The notes below the pieces were generated by a model that was given only the letters and a program-made list of their open reading frames with translations, made no database searches and was not told where the DNA came from. Shown here piece after piece: positions 37,407 through 48,000 of a DNA stretch of 60,000 bases; within the stretch, counting starts at the first letter, position 1; each line of letters opens with the position of its first letter. Source of the DNA: Amphiscolops sp. MND2022 (taxonomy: Eukaryota); the NCBI GenBank assembly GCA_964187785.1, contig OZ076409.1, positions 47,370,001-47,430,000 on the forward strand, given 5' to 3'. The position numbers were made by a program, and so were the translations under genes.

Positions 37407-40400
37407 TTAGTATCTGTATTCATCAGTGAAGTTGGGGGTGGGGTTAGGACGAAGGTTATATTTCCCTCCCCTCGGGCTTTCATTTTCTACAATCATATCG
37501 TTTCCATCATCTAATACTTCGGGCACGATAGTATCGCTCCCGCCTGATGATTGTTGGTCATGAAGCCAGTCATTTGTGCTTTCTAAGGGTGTTTTTTCAA
37601 GCGGTACCGGAGTGTCACTTTGGTGTGGCCCGGTGGACCGAAGGTCCACGACGGTGAAAATTTCGCCTGACTGGCTGGTGTTGTCCACACAGCTATTTGG
37701 AGTGTCTGCGGTATCCAGACGCGGAGGATTTGCGGTTTCTGCAGTTGGATCGGGAAAGTCTCCAAAACTAGTTTCCCACGTGATGACGTATAGGTCATCT
37801 TGCGGAATGATAATTTCGTAGTCCGGTTGCAAGTTGCCTTCCGGTTTGTTGTCCTGTAGGGCAGTATTCGGTTCGTATTTGCGCAGTCTAATGCGGTGTA
37901 GGATTTGCGTTTTGTTGGAATTAAGTTTTCTAACTATGTAGTTTTCATTCGGTAAAACCTTTTCTACAATGTAGGCACCTGTCCATCGGTATTCGCGGAA
38001 TGGAATTTTCGATCCTTGGTGGTCGGCAATAGGTTGTAATATGAAACAATAGTCATTTTGTCGCAAAGGGGCCGCTTTGGCCTTTCGATCATAATATTCT
38101 TTGTATTTCAAATAGGATTGCATGATGTTTTTCTTTGTGGAGTCTAGTAATATTTGGGTGCGTCTTTGAAATTCATCTGCGAAGTCTGTAGTCGGAAGGA
38201 CCTTTGGGTTGGGGTTAAGGCCTAATTTGTGATCCAGTATATTGTATGGAATTCTCCCATGGAAAATTCTAGATGAGTCACATCCCAGGGAGGCGTGATA
38301 AGTTGTATTGTAATTCAATACGGCTAACGGCAAGTATTTGTGCCACTGTCGCCTATAGTCCCCTGAGGCCATCTTGAGATTCGTTTTGAGACTAGCGTGA
38401 GTACGCTCTAGTTTACCGATTGTTTGCGGATGTTTTGTAGTTGCTCATTTCAGTTGAATACCTAAAATTTGGGCAATTTCTGCTATCAATTTGGACGTAA
38501 AGGCAGTTCCTTTGTCTGTGATCAAAGTAGTAGGTAAGTAGGTGTGTTTAGTCATTATGTCAATAATGACCTTAGCTGTGTTCGTGGCCGACGCATCGGT
38601 CACTGGGTATGCAAAAAGGTATCTTGAAAAAACGTCCATTGCGGTTATGATGTTTTCGTAGCCACCACTTGGGGGTAGGTTCGGTAATAAATCTATTTGC
38701 AATGCGTCTTCTGGGCCTAAGTCCCATTCGGGCAAATTCAATAATTCTGGTGTTATGGATGAGTTTGGAATTCTCTTGTCTTTAATACAGATTCCGCATC
38801 CCTGAACCCATTTTTTGACGATTTTTGCGATGCCAGGGTAGTTATATTTTTAGCGGATATTTATGAGCATCTCGGATATTCCAGGGTGTTTATTTGCTTT
38901 TCCATGTAGAGATTGGAGTAGTTCTTGGACCAGGTGTTTTGGTAGGAGCACTTGATTGTATTTAACAGCTCCAGTTTCATCAAAATACTGTCTGGTAATG
39001 ATTTCATCCATGACGGACAGTCGGTCCATTTGGCGACAGTAATGTTGGTACCGCGTATCTTGGACTAGAATGGCTTCTGAATAGGCTTCCTTCAATATTT
39101 CGAGGCGCAATTGCTGTAGGATGACATCGTTGTTTTGCTCTACTGCTATAGAGTTCGTATATGAGAGTTTTTGGAGTGTAGAAAGTTTGTACTAATCGCT
39201 TTTGTGTGTATTAAATGAAATGTCTGGTAATTGATTCGCTGGATTATCCCTAGCGTCTTTTTTACGTTGTAAAATTTGTTCTTCTGTATCGTCGTCATCT
39301 TCTGTATAGAAGATTTGTTCCTCTTCCAAGACTACGGCCGATTGGACGTGTAGTTCAATCGGTGTCGTAGGGATATCTTCCCTAATTCGGAGGATTAATT
39401 TCTCTTTTGGCAAGATTTCTAGACGCGACAGATAGTCAGCTGCTGTGTTGTTTTTACCTGGGATATGCGCTATAGTGAAATTGAACTGAATAACATAATC
39501 GCAAGCATTCCATAGTGTTGGCGGAATAATTTTCATCTGAAAAAATTATGTGACGGACTTATTGTCCGTCAATATAATCACCGGTTTTGGGGTTCCCCAA
39601 AAGATATGTCCAAATTCCTTGAAAGCAAAGAAAATTGCTAAGAATTCTTTTGCGTAAATGGACATTTTCAATTGGGTAGGACTAAAGGTCTTGGATCCAT
39701 AGGCTACTGGTGCGAAAGCCTTCCTCGTGGAAGTGTATTTTTCGAGTGAATCATCCTCGATGAGAACTGCGTACCCCGCGGCTGAAAAGCTGGCATCTGT
39801 CATAAGAGCTATTTGCTTGTTCGGTAAGGGCTGTTTGAGTGCCAGTTCACAACATCGATCAAGAGCCTTGTTTATCTCGGTGAATTTTTCCAAGAGGTCC
39901 GGTGTTACCAGGACTTTTTCATCTTTAGTAAGTAGTTTGAAAAACGGTGTTAGTTTTTCTGATAATCTTGGGATGTAGTTTCGGTAATAGTTTAGAAATC
40001 CCAAGTAACGCTGTAGTGCTTTTTTGGACTTCGGAAATTTTGTATTTGCCAGGAAGTTTTGGACACGAGGTCTCTGCGGCTTCACTCCAGGAGGAGTGAT
40101 GGTGCGTCCCAGGAAATCGATTTCCGTTGCTCCAAAGTGACATTTGTGCATGGTAAGTTTCAGACCAGCTCTTTGAATGCATTGGAAAGTGGCCCTCAGA
40201 TTGTTGATGAATTGTTCGGCATCATTGGCAGCGATGCCAATGTCATCAACGTATTGGGCGAAGGTTCTGCTGGCGAAATTGAAAGCAAGCATTTCGATGG
40301 ACCGCTGGTCGGCCATCTGTAGGCAATGATATGCCTGCGAGCAGTCCATATTACAAAATAGCTTTTTCCCGGCCATGTGTTGGGCTGCATCTGTGAGAGT

Positions 40401-42323
40401 ACTCACCGGGTGATTGTTGTTCATATAATCATCTGAAATGAGGTTGTTGATTTTTCTTAAATCGACTAAAAGTCGTAGTTTTCCATTGGGTTTCTTTTGG
40501 GTAAAAATTGGGCTTGCATATTTAGAGAATGGGAGAGTTGTAATGATCCCATAACGGTGTAGTAGTGCCAGCTCCACAAGGATATCCTCTTTGAGATTGA
40601 TTGGGGTTGGCATACTCTGACTATAGGCTGGGGAGTCACCTTTCGGTGTTAATTTGACCTTGAAGTCCTAGTTCATGCCTATGTCAAATCGATGTCTAGC
40701 GAATATGTCGTGAAATTCGACAAGTAAGTCTTCTATGCGAGCTATTTCAGCTGGTTGCTGCATAGAGTCTGTCCAGTCAAAATTAGACAAGAATTGTCGT
40801 CTGGACTCAGTGTCATCTTGAGGGTTAAATTTCTCTAATTCCTGAAGGTTGATTAGTTCTGACAAAATCCTTTTCTGGATGGGTGTGTGATGCTGGGGAT
40901 CCCCAGGGTCTTCTGGTGTTGGGAACCAGTAATTCTCCTTGAAGTCCTCAGGTTTGGTGGATTTGATCAAGCTGCTTGCATAATGAGCAGCATTCTCAGG
41001 GTTAGCCTGTAGTAGGTGCCATGTGGTCACCGGGTCTATAGGTTTAACATATTTCATCTGTTCTGGTGTCAGGACAGTGAAAGTGGCTACTTGTGTGCCC
41101 CTTTTAAGAGTGTAGGGACTGTCAGTAAAATTGTTCAGGTGGACGGATACTTGACCATTGGTCAAGGTGACTAGAGCAGCACAAAAGGCTATATCGCCAT
41201 CATCAGTGATGTTGCTCGGTTGAAGGATCGCAGTAACTGTAGTGTCCTCGTACAGTTGTGACGCCATTAGGACCGGGTGTCGGTCATTAGGTGGGATGGT
41301 TACAACCTCTCTAATGCAAATGGGTTCCATGACGTTAGTATATTTGTGATCTGCGGTTTTTAATTGCATGGAAAAGAAAGGAAAATTCAAGACTCCTTGT
41401 CTCATGTCCAGGATAGTGTTGTTTCGTTGAAGGAACGAAAGGCCAATCAGAGGACTGGTGAGTTTTTCCATGACTATAAATATTTCGTGAAATTCTATGT
41501 CGCCAACTTCAAATTTAAGTTCGACAGTGCTCCTTGGTGTTTCCAGCTGCCCATTTGCAACCATGATTTGGAAGTTGGGTGCCGGGCCCTCTTTGACAAT
41601 AGACTGAGGGGCTAGTAATCGGATTTTACGTAGATCTGCTTCTGGGATTGCGCTAGATAGAGCTCCCGTGTCTACAAGGCCAGCTAAAATTAGTTCGCCG
41701 AAAACCATTGGAAAATAGAGCATTCGTCGTTTGTATTTGATGCCAAGACTGGTTGTCAGCGGTACATAGTCTGGTTCCCCTGTTCTGGTGACTAGGGTGT
41801 TCCCAAAGCGTGCTGTAACGGCTGTAGCCAGAGAGACCTGTGGTCCCACATGGTGAATTTCGTCGTCTGCAGCCGCGTGGGTCGTTTGATAAGTGAAATA
41901 TGTGCCACGTTGCCATGGATCTACTCGGGCCTTCATAAGGACCATATTCAGGGCTTGGTCAATTTCGAAAGAATCAAGTTCTATGTTGTGGCTTGGTTTA
42001 TTGAAATTACGGTAGAAGTATAGATGATGTGGATTGTAGCAATTAGAGTCCCAATAGGGGTCAAAACCATAATCAGGATCAAAGTAGTAGGGGTTATAGT
42101 CATCAATAAGGGATATAAGTCGTTTAGTAGTAGTATCGTTTTGTAGTCTGGTGGACATAAGGTCCAAAGTGGTTGGAGGAGTCTTCATCTGCTGCTGCCA
42201 GTCAGCTGATGATGTTTCTTTAAGGTATGTATAGTATTCAGTATAATATATGTTTGAAGGGTCAGATATTATGTATTGTCGGACACGGAGTTTTTCATTA
42301 AATTGGAGTCGTGGCAAATCTAG
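37407..42323 (-). pseudogene. pol: Pol polyprotein (protease, dUTPase-like region, RT, RNase H, integrase) with stops, frameshifts and an RT deletion
   Basis: LVDTGA; LRLLVDLRKIN, YVDD; TDAS, KEFLAI, TDNK; H-H-C-C, QIDL, TDKG, GKLERTH; WTGAY. Confidence 0.97.
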
Positions 42324-44086
42324 TTTTTTGGGTTCTTTAAGATTGATATAGTTTGTTTGTTGTTTGCGTTATTATGGCTGGTGGACGTATCGGTAGTGGT
42401 GGTGTCCTCCAGTTTAAGGTTTTTGGGCTTGAGGTGGGCTCCAGCGCCTTTCCAACATCGTTCGGCCGGGTGGTTCGTTTTGTCGCAAGTTGGACATTTT
42501 GGATATTCTTTCTTGGTATCCTGCCCGTCATTGCGTCGTTGTTCCTCCTTTCTTTTGAGTTTTCGGCAGTCGTCTTTGACATGTCCCGGTTTCTTGCAAT
42601 AGTTGCAGGTTATGTTGGGATCGATGCCAGAAGAAAGAAGGCCAGTTCCCGGTCGTGTTGCTGTAGGGGCAGTGGACATTGTTGGTACTAGAATGTCGTC
42701 CCCCTCCCCGAGTCCATTGAGCTCTAGCTCTCGTTCTAAATGGGTGACAATTTCCTCATAAGTAGCGTTTTCAAGTCTAGCCATGTTGACTGAACGTTTC
42801 AATTTCGGCGGCAATTTGGCATATAGGAGGCTGTCGATCATTGCCTGGGCATTCTCGCCAAACGCTTTTTCGGCTCCTTGGTTGAGTTCTTCAAGGAAGT
42901 CTGGCAATTTCATGGTATTTGGGTCAAACACCAATCTGTGCCATTTGTGTTTGGCGGTCGCCTGAGACTCTGGTTTGACATATTTCCGACGAAATACTGC
43001 CAGGATGTCCTCCAAGGTTTGCCTGTTTGCCGTATTTTTGTTACGGAAAGTTTGTAGGGCGTTTTTTCGTAACAATGAGTGAAAATGATTTACTTTCATT
43101 GTTTCAGTCATATCCGGCTGCATTTTAATCATTGTGTGAAAGAGATCTTCGAAAAGTTCAAATATCTCTGATTTTCCGTCAAACGTCAGTGTAGTCGTAC
43201 TGACTGGGCGTACCATCAGCGTTTGTGCGGATGGACGGTTATTCCTGCCGACTAGTACTTCTGGAAGTTGGTTGCTAGGGTCAGAAGGAATAGTAGGTGC
43301 TGTAGTCTCAGGGACTTGGGGGATTGTGTCCTGAGACTCGGGATTGGTTGAATTGTGGCGTTGCAGGGGTTCACGGGATTGCATGGGGCGTCCAGTGAGA
43401 AACTCAGGAACCATATGTGGGGTAGGGTTGGCTCCTGTCACCATGTCGTGATTTTGTTCACTATTCACAGAGTCTACTGAACTCTGTCTCGACGTTAGTC
43501 TATTGTTTTCCTGCATAAAACACTTTCTAGGGCAATTTTCCCATGATTTCTGAGCGTTTTCAACTTCGGAGTTCCATTGTAGCCCACTGGACCTTCGGTC
43601 TCCCGTGGTGAAATTAGTTGATTTTGAACTATCATGTAGCCCAATGGACCCTCGGTCCACCATGGTGTGATTTACTCTGTCCTGCATTTCCAGCGTATTT
43701 TGGATGGAAGGAAGTATTTTCTCAGTGATTGCGCTACTAATAGCGTCTTGTATTTGAATATTCAAGCCACTTTTGATCTCATTTAGTTTCCTTGATATTT
43801 GATTAGAAATCTCTTCTTTAATCATTCTAGTGGTCTCAATAGTAATTTCACTATTCTCCCTGCTATTTGTATTGAGTAAAAACCTAAAGTCCTCCCCAAT
43901 TACGTTCGAACTTTGCTGTGGTCTATTGGACCCTGAGTCCAAATTTATTCCATTTTCACTAATATCATTTTCCTCATCGTCCCTGGAGTAGCTTCCAAGC
44001 ATTATATCAACATTTTCCACGTCGGACATCGTGTCCAATTGTCTAGAGCGTCGCTCTTCAGCCTTTTGCTTCCTAGTTGAAGGCAT
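42320..44086 (-). CDS. gag: Gag (588 aa) with two zinc knuckles
   Basis: Intact ORF; FDGKSE capsid region, CNYCKKPGHVKDDC and CPTCDKTNHPAERC. Confidence 0.95.
   Translation of the reverse strand: MPSTRKQKAEERRSRQLDTMSDVENVDIMLGSYSRDDEENDISENGINLDSGSNRPQQSSNVIGEDFRFLLNTNSRENSEITIETTRMIKEEISNQISRKLNEIKSGLNIQIQDAISSAITEKILPSIQNTLEMQDRVNHTMVDRGSIGLHDSSKSTNFTTGDRRSSGLQWNSEVENAQKSWENCPRKCFMQENNRLTSRQSSVDSVNSEQNHDMVTGANPTPHMVPEFLTGRPMQSREPLQRHNSTNPESQDTIPQVPETTAPTIPSDPSNQLPEVLVGRNNRPSAQTLMVRPVSTTTLTFDGKSEIFELFEDLFHTMIKMQPDMTETMKVNHFHSLLRKNALQTFRNKNTANRQTLEDILAVFRRKYVKPESQATAKHKWHRLVFDPNTMKLPDFLEELNQGAEKAFGENAQAMIDSLLYAKLPPKLKRSVNMARLENATYEEIVTHLERELELNGLGEGDDILVPTMSTAPTATRPGTGLLSSGIDPNITCNYCKKPGHVKDDCRKLKRKEEQRRNDGQDTKKEYPKCPTCDKTNHPAERCWKGAGAHLKPKNLKLEDTTTTDTSTSHNNANNKQTISILKNPKN
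42323..42329 (-). promoter_or_regulatory. -1 ribosomal frameshift heptamer A AAA AAC at the gag-pol junction
   Basis: CCA AAA AAC TAG; a -1 slip reads AAA CTA GAT TTG CCA into the pol frame. Confidence 0.85.
43432..43443 (-). promoter_or_regulatory. Primer-binding site inside the gag ORF (possibly tRNA-Leu)
   Basis: TGGTGACAGGAG right after LTR end CACGACA; tRNA identity is inference. Confidence 0.85.
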
Positions 44087-45074
44087 CGAAGAATCAATTT
44101 AATCAACAGTGAATTGATTAAAAGAAGTTATTCAAACAGATTTCAACAAGTCGAAAAACGAAACAATTTATGAAAGAGTTGTGAACGTAGTGTCAGGTAT
44201 CGCAAATTATTATTAAATCATCCTCGGGACTTGGCGTCCCGGCTATTTATATTTTCCACTGCATGACAAGCACAATTTATCTGGTCATTGTTCTAAATTC
44301 AGCCCCTAAGTGGGCTAAAAACAGCCTTGAAGGAGATGACATCACTATTACCACACTTTCAAGTAACTATAAATAGCAACAGTTCATATCAAAGCAAAAG
44401 GTGTGGGGGTTTCAAAATTTTACCAGAGGGCTTTCAGCATCAAATAATATCTACATGTGCATCACAATATCATCATGATTGCATGGCGGATATAATAAAC
44501 AGCTAATCGCGTTAATAATACCAAAGCGGACTTAAAGTTCGCATAGCTACAGCACAGTGACGTCATAGTCATAGTATATGAATAACACCATGGCGGACTC
44601 AAGGTCCGTTTGACTACAGTAATAATTTACTGCCTTCTGATTGGCTATGAGTGGTATAGACAGCGCGTACAATCTAGCAAAGGAAACAAACATTTGAACT
44701 CGTTTCCTTTGCTACGTACAATTGCTAATTACCAATTTTACAGCGTTTGAATTTATTCAATTTGCCATTGCTATTACATTGATTAACTAACAGTCCTAGG
44801 TAATACAAACACTAAACAGATAAAAATTATACTCCAAAATATGGTTATTATCCGTATAAGAGTGAGTTCAAGCTTGAAACATTTATTGTAGGCAAATCGA
44901 CTGACAGTCCTCTATGGTGTAATTTGCATCTTCTTTGTCATACGTCGTATTGGTACTTCTTAAGTCACTCAGGCCTTCTTGATTAGATTGGTAGTACTCC
45001 TGGGGGCGGATTTGACACGTTATTTCCCTCTGGGATTTGATACAGAATGCCGTCACAGGCGGCAGCCTGTGACA
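43444..45074 (-). repeat. 5' LTR of element C (1631 bp)
   Basis: Direct repeat of 29463-31092; TATA-like ATATAAATA near 44243-44251, upstream of the gag ATG. Confidence 0.97.
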
Positions 45075-48000
45075 GTTTGAAATGAGTCGCAATTGTGAAT
45101 AAGTGTGAACGGAAATTATACGGATTTAACAATTAGTTAGATTTCAGAAACTAAACTCAATTGAGGTGTTAACTAATAATAATTAAATGTGTTGACATTT
45201 TGTGTTGCGTTTTCTGTGTTGAGTTTTCTGCTTTTCACTATGTGTTGAGTTTTCTGTGTTGAGTTTTCTTGTGTTGAGTTTTCTTGTGTTGACTTTTCCG
45301 TACCCCCTTTTTCCCCCTTAAACGAAAGTTTTAAACCGTCACGAATCGAAACTCAGTGCCTTTTTCGTATGGGCCTAATGTGATTCAATAAAACATATGT
45401 TGTTCTATTTTTTTACCGGTATTACTGTAAGTTTTTACGTTGAATTGTAAAATTCTTAAGCCTTGTTTTGAATGCTGACAAACGAGAATATATTAAAATT
45501 ATCTTTCTTAAGACTTGTGGCAAACGAGAGTAAGATGTGAGCCAATCTTGGTTAAGGTCACATCTCGCTTAACGTCATACTTTTAGCTTGTCCCCGAAAG
45601 TACTGTATTTCTCGGATTGAAACTCCTGAAAATATCAGCTGAGTTGAATGAATGTTGTAAACAGTGAAATTATTTTCCAGTAGATAACGAGCATGACAAC
45701 AATTCAAAAATTCAGCCTTATATTCGAGCATTTTTGATGTTCGAGCCAAGTAATTTCCGAAAATAATTTTTTGTGTTTCCGAAGAAACTTCAGTGTGCTT
45801 ATTGTAGTTTCTTTGTCTATCGAAAACCAGAATAAAACTAGTGATATCACTGATGAATACGTACGGACAAGAAACTGGAAAAAAAGGCTGACAACAATAA
45901 TTGAAAAAAACTTCGTTTTGTTTTTTTTTGTATCCTGGAACATAAAACGTTTATGCCAAAACAAGACCATTGGTGCAAAAATAGTTTCAACCAGAACGAA
46001 AACAGTTGGGCAATGACAATTTTGGGCCTAAACAACCCAAGAGTTCCAGGAAAATGATGTCCAGTCATTTGTGAAATTACTTTTCCAAAAAACGCTGACT
46101 TATCAGCCTCTCTAAGATAATTTCTTGGGAAAAATAACATCCTAACCATTTTTCTTGACAATCTTCAGATATGTAGCTTAAAACAAGAACTTATTCATTA
46201 AATTGACAAGTGATGTCTCATTTTATCTGACGAAGCTACGCCTACAGGGAAAAACTGTTTTAAGGTTCCTAGAAAGTGTAGTTTTCGTATGCAACTTTTT
46301 GTAGAACTTACGAGGCAGCACTGGTGTAACATTCCTAGAAAAACGAAAATCAACTTCTTGATTTTCTTTGTCAAAAGAAATTTCCGCGAAAAAAATTGTG
46401 TACTTACACCAAGACTAATCACAAGTGTCAAATCAGGTGACTGTGTCAAAAAAATCCAAAACCTCATTGAGGCAATAGTAGAAGTAGAAATAAATATAGC
46501 TATAGAAAGAACTCGACGTTTGAAAAATCCTTGCTCGAATTTCTGCACTGGTCCCAGAGTGCCAACAAAATAAATATGGCATCTTGGATACATCTTTTTA
46601 ACCCTGGGGTCGTTCTCAATCAAGAATTTGAAACGGTTCTGCAAAAACAAGTCATGAATTGAAGAAGAACTATTTTAAAAAGTGAAAAGACGTTGATAAT
46701 ACCAGTAGGTTCAAATTTGGAGCCTTTTGGCGTTTTTCGGTCTGTGTCGTCTCCAAAATTTTTTTGCCTCGAAAAAAAGCAAAAGGACGAAAAACATAAT
46801 GAGAGCTGACGATTTCTGATCAGAAGTTTTCGTCTTTCAATGTCGAACATCATGAAACTAGGAAAACTTCAACATCACCCTAAAGTGATGCAGATTAGAA
46901 CTGGACAATTTTTAACTGTTCTCCTTTAGAGCCATGTTTTGAAAAACATAAATGTACCTCTAGCTCACCTTTGTTTTGAAACTTTGTTTATACGAACCAA
47001 TTGTATTTTTACCAACCTACAAAACAGTGATTTCATGACTATGATCATGAGATAACATAGTTATAACAATTTATAACAAAAATTAGAAGACATGTCCAAT
47101 GGGACTCGGACCAGACACGGACCAATGGGACTCGAGCACCACCAGAAAAAATGAGGTACAAAAAGAAGAAACACAGAGACCAGAAACGAGAGAGGATAAA
47201 GTCACTGTGCTGAAACACTTTGTAAATTATATCAACCTGATCTCATCTCAAATGTATGCCATTTTATCTCTAGCCTAAATTCAACTACATCAACTTCTCT
47301 TCTGTTTTCCTGAAACTTTAGTAAGAGAAATAGAAGAACTCTCAATTCCAAGATATAAGAATCTCCGAGAGATTCAATTTTAGAATTCACCGTTGCATTG
47401 TCATCACATGGTTACAGGAGTGTGATCTGGAGATTGTGGCCCAATGGGTATTTTAAAAACTATTCAGTCATTGATGGCAGTATAAAGTAAGAACAGGTAA
47501 TGACGTAAGTAGACGGAAAAATTTAAAATAAGTCACCCGTCGAGCAGCGAGATTTTTTCGCCCCAAACTGTTCTAAAACGACATAAATTTGAGGCTCAAA
47601 AATAGCCAATACACTATGAATATGCAAAGAAAATCGAAAAAATGAGAGTTTTGATTCATCCTAGCCCATTTTCGAAGGAAACACCTAATTTATAAACACG
47701 CTAACTACCTAATTGTTTTGTAGTTGAACTTTGTGAATACCAGTACATAACAAACCAAATTACCAGTCAGTGCTTTTCTTCAGGAGAGAGCGACTATAGT
47801 CATGGCTTTTCGTCAGTATTTTTTTTCGAAACACCTGATCTGTCGAAAATAGCTATACCAAAAGATCTTCAATTTTTCAAGTAACTTCTCAGTGCCACTT
47901 GACGTAGTGGTTAACGTGGATTTCCCGCGGTCTTCGAAGCAGGGGTACGTGGGGTCGAGTCTTTCACTCCACCAAAAAAGTTATGTTTGAAAAGTGAGGG

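Larger units (their letters stand above)
29463..45074 (-). mobile_element. Full-length 15.6-kb Ty3/Gypsy LTR retrotransposon (element C) with two accessory genes
   Basis: Two near-identical LTRs, 5-bp TSD GTTTG, PBS, PPT, gag and PR-RT-RH-IN order. Confidence 0.97.
28813..45306 (-). mobile_element. Non-autonomous MULE-like DNA transposon (~0.88 kb without the insert), split by element C
   Basis: GAAAACTCAACACA arrays in inverted orientation at 28821-28910 and ~45200-45300; flanking duplication CTTTTTCC (28805-28812, 45307-45314); FLYWCH ORF inside. Confidence 0.8.

Noticed and set aside
47895..47970. Functional tRNA gene
   Set aside because: Degenerate A/B boxes and no consistent cloverleaf
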